64,000 bases of DNA from a virus. Both the position numbers and the translations under genes were made by a program. Positions 1-9,785 of this stretch are shown one piece after another; positions within the stretch are counted from its first letter, which is position 1, and each line of letters opens with the position of its first letter. The notes beneath the pieces were generated by a model. The model was given only the letters and a program-made list of their open reading frames with translations, searched no databases and had not been told where the DNA came from. The DNA lies in IMG/VR virus record IMGVR_UViG_3300028388_003908, positions 79,152-143,151 of that record. The stretch is one strand, 5' to 3'.

Positions 1-129
1 CTTATCGTGTTGTAAGAGAAGCTATAACGAGGCCATATTGAAGGCACACCATCTACAGGAACCTTATAGCGTATGTCGTTTGAATCGAGATACGCTATGT
101 TGAAATGCTGTTGTAGGATATTTCCTCTG

Positions 130-1107
130 TTAGATGTGCTCTTTACGTCTACCTTGTGATAGCTGAGAGATCCTACGCTCAGCCTCATCGGGAGCGATGA
201 TTAATTCATAAGGACCATCATAGCCTCCTAAGATGCCCGTACCAAAGCAACCGAGACAGAGCGAATCCGGATGCTTTCCGTAGGTGATGGTCTGAGGATC
301 AAAAGCGGAGCAAGCGCAAGGCTGACCGGTCAATCTGCGGGTGAAGAACTTAACGCGCTCGCCTCCTTGCTCAAGCATCCAATTGTTTCTTCGGATGCCC
401 TCTCGCCAGATGTAATCAATCTTCTCTATATCAGCATCGGAAACGGGCTGACAGCGATCTAAAGGTGTCTCATATAGCTCACCAGTGGCGGTGTCTTCAG
501 CGACCGTAGAAACCCTATAAAACGAGCGCTTGTCGATACGCTTAACAGAGGGATCATAAGAGAGATAAGAGATAGTCACCTCGTCTTGATCCGTAATGGT
601 TAAGCTGGCGCCTTTGCGTAAGAGCACAGGATCAGGATGATAGGCTGCCTCTAGACTGACCTCCCCGGTGTTACCCATGACGGTGCGCGCCGGTATCTCT
701 GACCCATTTAAGAGCACCATCACATCTCTACCCGAGAAGGAAGGCTCTGAGTAGAGATAAGGTGACGCTATCGGATATTGAGTACGAAAGCGCCATGGGT
801 CTTCAGCTTGATCTCCGAAGCTAATCCAACTCGTCACAACCTCGTCATGTACGGGCGTCACCGCGTAGGCGTCCCGATAGAACGTACCGCCTACGGGGAG
901 CAGATTAATGCGCTTGTAAGGTCCTCTGTCAGAGCCTTGAGAACGATAAATGTTAACCCCTCTTATGAGCCATCCTTCGTTCTCATGTATCTCCGCAGGG
1001 GAAGACCATCTAAGGTCAATAACACCCCTCTTATAAGGGGAGAGCGCGTTGACCGTCTTAGGGGGTAAGGGCCAAGGGCCTCTCGATAAATTCCATCCTG
1101 CGGTCAT
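130..1107 (-). CDS. Putative virion neck/head-tail structural protein, apparently truncated by a frameshift or deletion near position 132
   Basis: Fn3-like N-terminus (LRWSSP...GVNIYRS) and CxC/CxxC motifs (CACS, CLGCFGTG). After the TAA, the +1 frame stays open to the window edge (NRGNILQQHFNIAYLD...). Confidence 0.5.
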   Translation of the reverse strand: MTAGWNLSRGPWPLPPKTVNALSPYKRGVIDLRWSSPAEIHENEGWLIRGVNIYRSQGSDRGPYKRINLLPVGGTFYRDAYAVTPVHDEVVTSWISFGDQAEDPWRFRTQYPIASPYLYSEPSFSGRDVMVLLNGSEIPARTVMGNTGEVSLEAAYHPDPVLLRKGASLTITDQDEVTISYLSYDPSVKRIDKRSFYRVSTVAEDTATGELYETPLDRCQPVSDADIEKIDYIWREGIRRNNWMLEQGGERVKFFTRRLTGQPCACSAFDPQTITYGKHPDSLCLGCFGTGILGGYDGPYELIIAPDEAERRISQLSQGRRKEHI

Positions 1108-1126
1108 ACGCGCTCCTTACATGATG

Positions 1127-1411
1127 TTAACCCTCTGCGGAGGTGTCTTCATCATCAGTAAGAACAATAAAAGAACCATCTTGGTCCACCTTCCAAGAGG
1201 TCTCCTCTGTGACCTCAAAGCGATCACGAACGTCTACGAGCAACTGACGAGCAGCCTGCTCATTAGCCTCAAGTTGAGCGGTCAAGCGCGACTTCTGCCA
1301 CTCAAGGTTTCCGATCTGATTCAAGATCTGAGTGGTGAGATTACGCCTCGTAGTGAGCGTGTTCTTCTCTTCGTCAGTGAGCGTGCCAAGTGTCTTCTCT
1401 GTCTGTGCCAT
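1127..1411 (-). CDS. Hypothetical coiled-coil protein
   Basis: AAAGGA RBS upstream; heptad pattern; colinear with neighbours. Confidence 0.6.
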   Translation of the reverse strand: MAQTEKTLGTLTDEEKNTLTTRRNLTTQILNQIGNLEWQKSRLTAQLEANEQAARQLLVDVRDRFEVTEETSWKVDQDGSFIVLTDDEDTSAEG

Positions 1412-1460
1412 GATTCAGTCCTTTCAAGATGCAAGATAACATGGTCACAGCATTATACTC

Positions 1461-1757
1461 TCACTTAGCGACAGCGCCTTCCTTATCTCGACATAATCTA
1501 GGAAGCTCTCTCACATATAAATGAATCTGCTCGGCTTCTGCCTTCATGTCTTGAGCGTCTCTCTGCATGATCTCAACCCCTCCAAGAGCGTGATTACTTG
1601 GAGGACCGACAAAAGATTTCTGCTCAAGATTGGGGCTTTTGATTTTTAGTCTAGTAACCTTCTTCTCCTTCTTTGATTCTTTTTCCGAGGAAGAACCACA
1701 CGATGGAAGCAGAGCCCATACGCAGAAGGATATGACGACAAAAAGTAGCGTTTTCAT
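1461..1757 (-). CDS. Lipoprotein, candidate o-spanin
   Basis: Signal peptide with lipobox-like LLPSC; 4-bp overlap with the upstream TM/coiled-coil gene. Confidence 0.45.
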   Translation of the reverse strand: MKTLLFVVISFCVWALLPSCGSSSEKESKKEKKVTRLKIKSPNLEQKSFVGPPSNHALGGVEIMQRDAQDMKAEAEQIHLYVRELPRLCRDKEGAVAK

Positions 1758-2035
1758 TGACGGATCTCCTGCAACATACGTCTAATGTCCTCTAACATGA
1801 GACGGGTGCGCTCAAGATCTTTTCTTATCTGCTCAAGCGCTTGAGCGTTAAGCTCGACCTTGGTCATGGAAGCCTTACATTCTTTCAGACCTTGTGTATT
1901 TTCGGTCTGCTCTCTCTCGATAAGAGCAAGCTGAACGCTAATGCTATTTACCCACAATAAGATTGGGATAATCAGCACTGATAAGATCTTAAATCCAAGG
2001 TCGATGATGTTCTTGTTATTTTCGCTGTTAGACAT
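1754..2035 (-). CDS. Membrane-anchored coiled-coil protein, candidate i-spanin or holin-like
   Basis: Single TM helix (ILSVLIIPILLWV) followed by a coiled coil. Confidence 0.45.
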   Translation of the reverse strand: MSNSENNKNIIDLGFKILSVLIIPILLWVNSISVQLALIEREQTENTQGLKECKASMTKVELNAQALEQIRKDLERTRLMLEDIRRMLQEIRQ

Positions 2036-2059
2036 GATCTTACGTCCCCCTAAAACCGA

Positions 2060-2803
2060 TCAAACTCGGAAGTATGATCTCAAGCTCTTGAAGGTCTCCA
2101 CATCCTCTTTAGAAGGAGATTGACCTGCCACAGCATTAAGACCGAGCGTCTTAATCGCATCCATCGCTCTCTGATCGCCTTGTGAGCGCGCCCTACGGAA
2201 AAGCTCTCTCAAGATCTCAGCGTCAAGAGGTGCAACAGGAGTAGAGACGTTTTGTCCATTACCTGCGCCTTGCATGGACAAGATTCTCTGCTCTTGAGAA
2301 GGCCAAAGAACATAACCCTTAGTCAGAGATTGATGATTCTTTACGAGACCTTGATTGCTCGCCCAATTGGGCACCGATTCGATATGTGCAATCCACTCTT
2401 GAGTGTACTTAGCGCGATCTGGTACACGCGCTATGTTGTCGTAAAAATCCGCCTTATCAGAGTAGACCCCAACCCAATGCAAGATACCCTCAAGCCAAGT
2501 CTTTTTCCAATTGGTCGTGCGGTGGAAGCGCGCTCTATCTCTCGCCTTTCTATTTAAGACAAGAGAAGGATAAAGACGAGACACAAGAGTCAGATTCATA
2601 GACGCTTTGCCTTTGCCCTTAGCGTCATCTGTTGTCCCAATCGTTGAACTCAGTTTCACGCTCACCATCTCCGAAAGATGAATTAGATAAACGCCTTTAA
2701 ATCCTGAGACGCGAGACCAGCCCTTGATCTTGGGATTACTCTTAATCGAATCTAACCATGATTCGAGTTCTGCGCGTGATATTTGAACATATGTTGCAGC
2801 CAT
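2060..2803 (-). CDS. Hypothetical protein
   Basis: 247-aa ORF with GAGG RBS, 2 bp from the upstream gene. Confidence 0.65.
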   Translation of the reverse strand: MAATYVQISRAELESWLDSIKSNPKIKGWSRVSGFKGVYLIHLSEMVSVKLSSTIGTTDDAKGKGKASMNLTLVSRLYPSLVLNRKARDRARFHRTTNWKKTWLEGILHWVGVYSDKADFYDNIARVPDRAKYTQEWIAHIESVPNWASNQGLVKNHQSLTKGYVLWPSQEQRILSMQGAGNGQNVSTPVAPLDAEILRELFRRARSQGDQRAMDAIKTLGLNAVAGQSPSKEDVETFKSLRSYFRV

Positions 2804-2805
2804 TT

Positions 2806-4125
2806 TTATGACCTCTTTCTTTGACGTAGAAGATAAAGATTCGTCTCATGTGCGTTAGCAATAGACATAATAAAATCATCAAGTCCTAGAGACATACCGC
2901 CATTATCTTTTATCATATCGTAGACGCGCTTTAAGATGGGCTGTATGCGCTCCTCTGCGATAAGAGCGCGTGTAATAGGATCGGTAGCGTCATTGTGGAT
3001 CAAGACCTGAATCGACTGCTGAGCTTGAGGCACCGGCGCAACCGCTACAGGACCGTATTCCCCTACAATCTTCTCCGCTAAGGTGTCGATCTCGTCCTCT
3101 AAGGACTCATAGAGACGCTCCATCAGCTGATGATCCCCATAAGAGGATAGTCCTTTAACCTGCCAATGTGAGGTCCAATGGGACCAATGCACAGCGCGCA
3201 GTACAGCCAAGAGCGTCTGCATGATCTCTAGCTTCACGTCAGCGGAGGCATATCGGATTTTATTAGAGGAAGCCTTCTTAGAACGAACCTTAAAGAACTC
3301 CTTAGACCCGTTGTGTGAGAGATTTCCTTGTCGATCAATATCGTAGTAACCCATGTCATTTACCCCTATATCAAGCGCCTTGCGCGAGCGTCTGTTCTTC
3401 TGTCTTACGGTAGAGACACCACCGCCCTCGTATCTTTTAAATCTGTTCAAGTGCTTACGCCTCTTTTGATTGTAGCGCTTGATCCTTGAGCGATTTTTCA
3501 GATAGTAGCGTCTTCTCTTTGTCTTGAGTTTGGTCTTGTTCTTAAGACGGTTTTTAATGCGCCATTTTTTGTACTCTCTGCGAGCCTGACCCTTCTGCTT
3601 ACGCTGTCTTTTTGAAGGGATTTTTACCGAGATAAACGCGCTCTTAAAGAGATCTCCGTTCTCGTCTACGTCATAGATAAAATCCTCGTCTTCAAGATAA
3701 GGATCTAATACCTCACCCATGAGCGCGTCTAAAGCTACTCTGCGCTTCAATCCTGTAGAGGTAGACTGATCTATATAAGGATGACCATACTGATCTCCGG
3801 GTAAACCACTAGAGCGAGGTCGCTGATGTAGAGGCTTACCGTCAGGCTGATTTGGTATCGCGTTAGGATTGGGAGCTTTGGAGTAAGACGTAGAAGCACC
3901 CGATGAATCCGAAGGTGTATTCGATACAGGAGGTCCCGCCCTCTGCTCTGTCCTGCCTTCTGGATGACCTGAAGGTAGGGGCAATACCCGATCTCTTTTA
4001 GGCTGACCGTCTGCGTAATCCTCTCTACTTGGAGAAGGCGCCGGCGTGTTCTCTCTAGAATCATTTACCCATGTACGAACGCCACTAAGCTCTTGAACAG
4101 GTTGACTATGACCCATAGTGTTCAC
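2806..4125 (-). CDS. Modular protein: Pro-rich N-terminus, very basic middle, C-terminal Dps/ferritin-like domain
   Basis: C-terminal HWSHWTSHWQVKG...GDHQLMERLY...DEIDTLAEK resembles the Dps ferroxidase motif (HW-x-VKG...H...D-x-x-AE). Confidence 0.65.
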   Translation of the reverse strand: MNTMGHSQPVQELSGVRTWVNDSRENTPAPSPSREDYADGQPKRDRVLPLPSGHPEGRTEQRAGPPVSNTPSDSSGASTSYSKAPNPNAIPNQPDGKPLHQRPRSSGLPGDQYGHPYIDQSTSTGLKRRVALDALMGEVLDPYLEDEDFIYDVDENGDLFKSAFISVKIPSKRQRKQKGQARREYKKWRIKNRLKNKTKLKTKRRRYYLKNRSRIKRYNQKRRKHLNRFKRYEGGGVSTVRQKNRRSRKALDIGVNDMGYYDIDRQGNLSHNGSKEFFKVRSKKASSNKIRYASADVKLEIMQTLLAVLRAVHWSHWTSHWQVKGLSSYGDHQLMERLYESLEDEIDTLAEKIVGEYGPVAVAPVPQAQQSIQVLIHNDATDPITRALIAEERIQPILKRVYDMIKDNGGMSLGLDDFIMSIANAHETNLYLLRQRKRS

Positions 4126-4487
4126 CTGCCTTTGAGATAGGCGAGCGCTACCTTCTTGACGGGATCTTGATTGTACTTAGAGGCGATATCCACCTTCTCT
4201 CGATCCGTGTGAGGCAAGCGTTGACGATAAAAACCTTCACCCATCTTGATGAGCGCATAATTGGTCATATCTAGAGAGCGCTCTAGTCTATCTAAAGACT
4301 GAGGAATACCGCTAAGCGCGTCCCCAAACTTCTGATAGATTTCCTCTTTCAGATCCTCATCGCAATCTTCCAAGGTCTCTCGGATTTGATTGCAAAAGGA
4401 TCTGATAATATGCGCCTGTACTCTAGAGGAGGAAGCCCCCTCTGCGAGCACAGACCAACTAGCTTGACTTGAGGATCTTTTTCTCAT
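4122..4487 (-). CDS. Hypothetical protein with C-terminal KKVALAYL motif
   Basis: AAGGAG RBS; putative late-promoter motif upstream. Confidence 0.65.
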   Translation of the reverse strand: MRKRSSSQASWSVLAEGASSSRVQAHIIRSFCNQIRETLEDCDEDLKEEIYQKFGDALSGIPQSLDRLERSLDMTNYALIKMGEGFYRQRLPHTDREKVDIASKYNQDPVKKVALAYLKGR

Positions 4488-4535
4488 AACCGCTCTCCTT
4501 CTTTATGTAGAGAGCGTTCATAAATGAGTTAAAGA

Positions 4536-5459
4536 TTAACCCTCCTCAAGACCCTTCTCAATACCATTCACAACGCCAGCGCTCTCTACTGCCTTGATCT
4601 CCTCAAGAACCTCAGGGCTGTCCGAGTAAAGCTCAAGAGCCTTCTTGACGCGCTTAGTCCAGTGAGGGTTCATATCCCACTCAATACCATTTGAAAGGAT
4701 CTTGATCTTGCTATCTTCTCCTACCTCGACAGCCCCTTGCTCGGGTGCTTGCTCAAGTCCGTCAAGAATCTGAGCTTCCTCTGAGGGACCTTCATCCTCA
4801 ACGGGCTCCTCAACGGGCTCCTCAACAGGCTCAAAATCCTCCTCCTGCTCGATGATCTCAGTAGAGAAATTACCTTCAAGATTCTCTAGCGTGTCAATCT
4901 CTTGACCGACCGCGTTCACGTCTGAGATCACGGTCTTTTGTTGGGCTGCGGTCTTGAGAGTAAGATTAACAGAGGTAGCGCCTTGCATCTCAGCTAGACC
5001 ATCCTCTGCGCTTGACGCGCTCTTTACGTCTGCACCTGAAGTGTCTGACACAGAACCGACAAGATAATTATCCTCGTCCTCTGTGGAGACCACTACAGGA
5101 AACTTAACACCCTCTTGCTCTACAACTGGCTCGGCAACAGGCTCGTTTACGGAAGACACCTTTGTCTCCTCGTCATAAACGGTCTCTACCTCCATCGAGG
5201 TGCGCTCTTTAACCTGCTCTACCGCCTGCTTTACGGGAGCCGGAGCAGGATCTGCCTTTGCCTCAGGTACTCGTAGCCAGCCTCTCTTAAGACCTGCTTT
5301 AAGCTCAGGCATCGCAACCTCTTCCCCACCGATGCGTAGAGAAGATCCGTCAAATTCGATAATGTCACCCGCAGTAAGATTACGCTCTAGTCTGCCAAGG
5401 TGGATTGTGGTTGTAGCCTCAAGCTCAATAAAGCTACCCTTTTTAAATGTAATGGACAC
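4536..5459 (-). CDS. Acidic hypothetical protein
   Basis: 307-aa ORF, GGAGG RBS, EEPV repeats. Confidence 0.7.
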   Translation of the reverse strand: MSITFKKGSFIELEATTTIHLGRLERNLTAGDIIEFDGSSLRIGGEEVAMPELKAGLKRGWLRVPEAKADPAPAPVKQAVEQVKERTSMEVETVYDEETKVSSVNEPVAEPVVEQEGVKFPVVVSTEDEDNYLVGSVSDTSGADVKSASSAEDGLAEMQGATSVNLTLKTAAQQKTVISDVNAVGQEIDTLENLEGNFSTEIIEQEEDFEPVEEPVEEPVEDEGPSEEAQILDGLEQAPEQGAVEVGEDSKIKILSNGIEWDMNPHWTKRVKKALELYSDSPEVLEEIKAVESAGVVNGIEKGLEEG

Positions 5460-5585
5460 GTTGTGTTCCTCCTAGGTTATCTGCATCACGCGCTCTATAA
5501 TACAGAGTTCGATATGCAGGTTCTTGGATTTTTGTTAATGCTTATATCCGACGTATAAGTAAATCAATGAGGCTAAGGGGTAAAC

Positions 5586-6041
5586 ATGAAACCGTCTAGA
5601 AGAGCAAAGATCATACGCGCTTTAAATCAATCGCTCAAAATCGCCATACAACATAGTCTCCGAAAGCTAAGAGAGACCAATGATGATGCGGTTTTCGAGG
5701 AGGCGCTCCGACGCTTTTACCTCAACAAAGGGTTACCTAAGGATTATGAAAACACCTTAGAAATGAGATACTTATCTGCATACTATAGAGATTCTCAGAA
5801 AATGCAAGTCGTTAAGCAGGATCTTAGCTATGAGCAGGAAAATGAGGTCTGCGACCGACTGCTTGAGGTCGGTATGTGGCTTCATACGAGATGGGCGCCT
5901 AAGGTTCGTACTCTAGTGGTAAAGGTCTGTGGGGGACAGGAAAATACTCTCACCTTCACGCGAACGCTCTTTGATATAAAGGATCGCACCCCTAACGGAC
6001 TACATATCGGTCGTATGCTTAACGTGATTTTAGACGCATAG
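5586..6041 (+). CDS. Hypothetical protein
   Basis: 151-aa ORF with AGGGG RBS, first gene of a + strand unit. Confidence 0.6.
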   Translation: MKPSRRAKIIRALNQSLKIAIQHSLRKLRETNDDAVFEEALRRFYLNKGLPKDYENTLEMRYLSAYYRDSQKMQVVKQDLSYEQENEVCDRLLEVGMWLHTRWAPKVRTLVVKVCGGQENTLTFTRTLFDIKDRTPNGLHIGRMLNVILDA

Positions 6042-6087
6042 TATAAGATAGTTTGTCTTTTAACACCCTCACACGAAAGGTAAAAAC

Positions 6088-7689
6088 GTGGAGAGCGACA
6101 AGCTATTAAAGACTATCGAGAAGCTGAGAAAAATCCGAACTAGAGAAGATCTTGTGCCTCCTGCTTCTAACATCTTGAGATCGCATCTGCCGGACGGAAA
6201 CAAACTCACCCTTCGTCAATATCAGATCCAAGGTATCCTACATCTGCTCGCCATGCCTCGCTTTGTGCTAGGGGATGACACCGGTCTTGGTAAGACTCTA
6301 CAGACGATCAGCGCGCTCTCGTATGTTTGGGATAAGCGACCAGAGATACCCGCGATTATCTGTACGACCAAGAGCGCTGTTGGTCAGTGGGAATCAGAAT
6401 TTGAGCGCTTTACACATGGCGTCAAGGTCTTTAAATGTCTCGGGACAAAAAAACAGCGCAGGAAGATTTATGACGCCTTCTTTGAAGCGGAAGGCCCTAA
6501 AGCGATCATCCTAGGATATCGCACCGCTTGCGTTGATTTCGACATCCTTCAACCTATGGCCGGTCACGTTATGATCTTTGACGAGGCGACCGCGTTTAAG
6601 AATGATACCTCACAAGTGCACCAAGTATGCAAGCACCTAGCAGGCTCAGCAGAGCGCGTGTGGTCTCTAAGCGCTACCATCATCAAAAATCGTCTGATGG
6701 AAGCATGGGCGATTTACAAAGTTACCGTGCCTCACCTCTTTACAACCAAGACCGCGTTTATGCGTGATTACTGCATCACCCGAGATCAACCCCTACCTGG
6801 AGGGCGCAGACGCATTAAGGTTGTGGTCGGTCACCGTAAGCATGACATACAAGCGTTCAGAGAGCTTATCGACCCGTACTTTATCGGAAGACCCAAGCAT
6901 GAGGTGGCTAAGGAGCTACCCCCTCTCACCTCTAAGACCATCGCTTGCGAACTCACAAAAGAGCAGAAGGTAAAGTATCGTGAAGCGCTTAATGGTCTAC
7001 TAGAGGTTAATGATGACGAGACCGGCGAGACAAAAGAGCGCGAGGTTACTAAGCTCACCGCCGTGACCGTCTGTCAGCAAATCGTAAACCACCCCTCTCT
7101 CGTTAATGTCGATGGTGAATCCGGTAAGCTAGACTCTCTTGTCGATTTGCTCACCAATGAGCTTGACGGTGAGAAGGTAATCGTCTTCTCTCGCTTCCGA
7201 CAGATGGTCGATATACTAGAGGAAACGCTGAAAAAAGCTAAGATTAAGACGAGCAGGATCACCGGCGCAGAGGGCGGGGATCAGCGTCTCGCGTCTCAGA
7301 AGGCCTTTCAAGACGAGAAATCAGACGTGAGGGTGTGCCTTATCACCATGGCGGCTGCCGAAGGCGTCAATCTACAGCTAGCCAAAGCGGTCGTCTTCTA
7401 TGACACGCCATGGAGCGCTGGTGATTATCTACAGATCATAGGGCGCATGATCCGTATTGGCTCAATACATGAGCGCGTATTCTCATATCACCTATGCGCC
7501 CCTAAGACCATTGATGACCGCGTTATGAAATCTCTCAAAGCTAAGATGAATCTGATCGAGAGCGTCTTAGGTAAGCGTCTCAAAGCAGAAGGCGAGGAAG
7601 AGGACGTGATCGAGGTCGGGCGCTCGGAGATCGCAGATCTATTCGATGGTCTGCTAGAGGATGCAAACGATATAATCAAAACCAAGTAA
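6088..7689 (+). CDS. SNF2/Swi2-family helicase/ATPase
   Basis: Q motif LRQYQ, Walker A GDDTGLGKT, DEAT, SAT, EGVNLQ and QIIGRMIRIG motifs. Confidence 0.92.
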   Translation: MESDKLLKTIEKLRKIRTREDLVPPASNILRSHLPDGNKLTLRQYQIQGILHLLAMPRFVLGDDTGLGKTLQTISALSYVWDKRPEIPAIICTTKSAVGQWESEFERFTHGVKVFKCLGTKKQRRKIYDAFFEAEGPKAIILGYRTACVDFDILQPMAGHVMIFDEATAFKNDTSQVHQVCKHLAGSAERVWSLSATIIKNRLMEAWAIYKVTVPHLFTTKTAFMRDYCITRDQPLPGGRRRIKVVVGHRKHDIQAFRELIDPYFIGRPKHEVAKELPPLTSKTIACELTKEQKVKYREALNGLLEVNDDETGETKEREVTKLTAVTVCQQIVNHPSLVNVDGESGKLDSLVDLLTNELDGEKVIVFSRFRQMVDILEETLKKAKIKTSRITGAEGGDQRLASQKAFQDEKSDVRVCLITMAAAEGVNLQLAKAVVFYDTPWSAGDYLQIIGRMIRIGSIHERVFSYHLCAPKTIDDRVMKSLKAKMNLIESVLGKRLKAEGEEEDVIEVGRSEIADLFDGLLEDANDIIKTK

Positions 7690-7703
7690 AAAGGACTTAC
7701 TGC

Positions 7704-7820
7704 GTGAAGCCCATTGAAGTGATTAAATATCTCAATCATCAAACCAAGAAATGTGCTTCATGCGGTAAGCGTATTGACAAGCGCATCGTCTGCCCCTGCA
7801 TCAAAAGGAAGACAGCATGA
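7704..7820 (+). CDS. 38-aa Cys-rich (CxxC...CxC) microprotein, not in the ORF track
   Basis: GTG start with AAAGGA RBS; reads MKPIEVIKYLNHQTKKCASCGKRIDKRIVCPCIKRKTA; ATGA overlap with the next gene. Confidence 0.55.
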   Translation: MKPIEVIKYLNHQTKKCASCGKRIDKRIVCPCIKRKTA

Positions 7821-8392
7821 AAGATCTCTATCTTGAATGTAATGACCGGGGTATGACGGAGCTTGAGTTTCAATCTTCCTTTTGCAACTACTGCCGACAG
7901 ACGCGCTGTAGTAGAGCAGGATGGTCTAAAACCTCTTGGGAACAGCGCATAAATACGCAGGTAGATCGCCTGCTCATCAACCCTAATATCCATCTACAGA
8001 GCGAATCGGAGAGATGGGCTGAGATACCGAACTTTGAGCTACCTCAAGAGGTCTTAGAGATATGGGGCTCAAAGAAGGTGAGCGCTGACCTTGCTGAGAT
8101 ACTAGAGAACGTTCCTGAGACAGAATCTCCATTAGAGATTGAGGGAGCGAGCGCAGAAGAACCTGCGAGCCCAAGGAATGACACATCGGAGAGCGTCACA
8201 GAAGGCTCTTTAGACGCTACAAGCCCTCAGATACTTGTCCCCGACAATAAGCCCTCAAAAAGAGCAAATACGAAAGCTCAAGAGATTATGATAGGAGAGG
8301 CGCCCGATACACCAAGCGCTCCTGCGGTAGATCCTTGGGCTCCTCAACCCGCTTCGATCAAGGTGGGCGGTACTTTTAAGATGGGCGGTTGA
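7817..8392 (+). CDS. Hypothetical protein with Cys-rich N-terminus
   Basis: C...CNYC...C motif; disordered C-terminal half. Confidence 0.65.
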   Translation: MKDLYLECNDRGMTELEFQSSFCNYCRQTRCSRAGWSKTSWEQRINTQVDRLLINPNIHLQSESERWAEIPNFELPQEVLEIWGSKKVSADLAEILENVPETESPLEIEGASAEEPASPRNDTSESVTEGSLDATSPQILVPDNKPSKRANTKAQEIMIGEAPDTPSAPAVDPWAPQPASIKVGGTFKMGG

Positions 8393-8426
8393 TAAGTAGA
8401 ACGTCTCTTGATAATAGGATTATCGT

Positions 8427-8672
8427 ATGGTCATCTTACCCCATGAGCGCTTGTTTCAAATACATCTGACCTACACAAAACCTACAGACCGTGTACCGAT
8501 TGCAGTAGGTCTTGGTCGTAGAGCTTATGTGCAGGGCTCGGAGAACTCACCTAACACCGACATAAAGTTTCAGCGTTGGGTTGAGAAGATCGAGAACTCA
8601 AGCATACGAGAGAACCTAGAGAGCGCTTGGCTCAGAGGTTGGGCACTAGAAGCTCAAAGAAGGTCTGTATAA
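8427..8672 (+). CDS. Hypothetical protein
   Basis: AGGA RBS; colinear. Confidence 0.5.
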   Translation: MVILPHERLFQIHLTYTKPTDRVPIAVGLGRRAYVQGSENSPNTDIKFQRWVEKIENSSIRENLESAWLRGWALEAQRRSV

Positions 8673-8703
8673 TCCAACAAACCTTCAACGATAAGGCTGA
8701 CAC

Positions 8704-9276
8704 ATGAGCAACGTATTTGGCGGGAAAAATGAGCGGGCGGTATATATACCCATGTCCGAGACCGAGCTTGAGGTTATAGCGCGTCTGGTTGATTCAGACG
8801 ACCTCAAGGTCGTGTTGCACGGTTGGGGAGTGATCGAATCTCCAAAGATCACATACGGAGACAAGAACTTGCACATCCCTATCAAGATGACCTTCAACAA
8901 GCCTGTAGAGGCTCCTCAAGACGTTTACTATTTCGACATGGAGCTAAAGACAGGATCAGGCATCTCTCTCTTTAAGAAGCGCATGAGCACCTCGTATGGA
9001 GGACAACCTTTAAAGGTGATGGCAGGTCTAGAGCTAGAGATGGTTTGGGATATCTCTATACGTCACCTAGACCCAAACCTAGTGCGCGCAGTAAAGCCCG
9101 GTGCTAGAGGTCTGACCTCTAAGCTACAAGACAAGCTGACGCTCGATTTTACCGATACCGGAAACATGAGGTTAGACCGGAATCAAGCAGATCAAGCTCG
9201 ACAAATCCGTGCGATGGAGAAACTGATCAACAAGATGGATCAGGGCAAGCTCGCAAAGAACAATCAGAAGACGTAA
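8704..9276 (+). CDS. Hypothetical protein
   Basis: 190-aa ORF with RBS. Confidence 0.65.
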   Translation: MSNVFGGKNERAVYIPMSETELEVIARLVDSDDLKVVLHGWGVIESPKITYGDKNLHIPIKMTFNKPVEAPQDVYYFDMELKTGSGISLFKKRMSTSYGGQPLKVMAGLELEMVWDISIRHLDPNLVRAVKPGARGLTSKLQDKLTLDFTDTGNMRLDRNQADQARQIRAMEKLINKMDQGKLAKNNQKT

Positions 9277-9755
9277 ACGCGGTAACCGGGGATGCCCGAC
9301 ATACGCGAGATCTCTCTTGAGATGGTCAAGCCTTTCTTGATCTTCGCAACATCTACGATAAGCTCATCATGCTCTTGACGAGTCTCATCGAGATTACTTG
9401 AAGTCACCTCAAGCTGATAAGTATCGCCCCTGCGCTCAGCCTGCTTTAGATCGCGCTCTAATCTAGAGATTATAGAGGCGTAATCTTTCTGCCTCTGCTC
9501 AAGATTCTTGATAATCTCCTTGTTCAGATTGGTCCGAGACCTCGTGATCAGATCACCCTCATCTTTGATCCAAATGGTCTCTCCAGTGTGGTATGTCCCG
9601 AGCAAACGGAAAGCGATAGCCTCTACAATCGAGGCAGGGTCACGATACTTTGCGGTATCGAAAATGGTAGGCTTACCTGCGCTACGCTCAAGGCGCGCTA
9701 CGCGCATCTCTAGGTCTTTTAGATTGAACATCATCAAATCCTTCACTTGTGTCAT
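9264..9755 (-). CDS. Leader-family protein (KDLEMRVARLERSAG) with coiled-coil payload
   Basis: 24-26 bp identical to the leaders at about 36460 and 51780. Confidence 0.7.
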   Translation of the reverse strand: MTQVKDLMMFNLKDLEMRVARLERSAGKPTIFDTAKYRDPASIVEAIAFRLLGTYHTGETIWIKDEGDLITRSRTNLNKEIIKNLEQRQKDYASIISRLERDLKQAERRGDTYQLEVTSSNLDETRQEHDELIVDVAKIKKGLTISREISRMSGIPGYRVYVF

Positions 9756-9785
9756 GTACTATAATCGAACCCTATTAAAGCAGAA

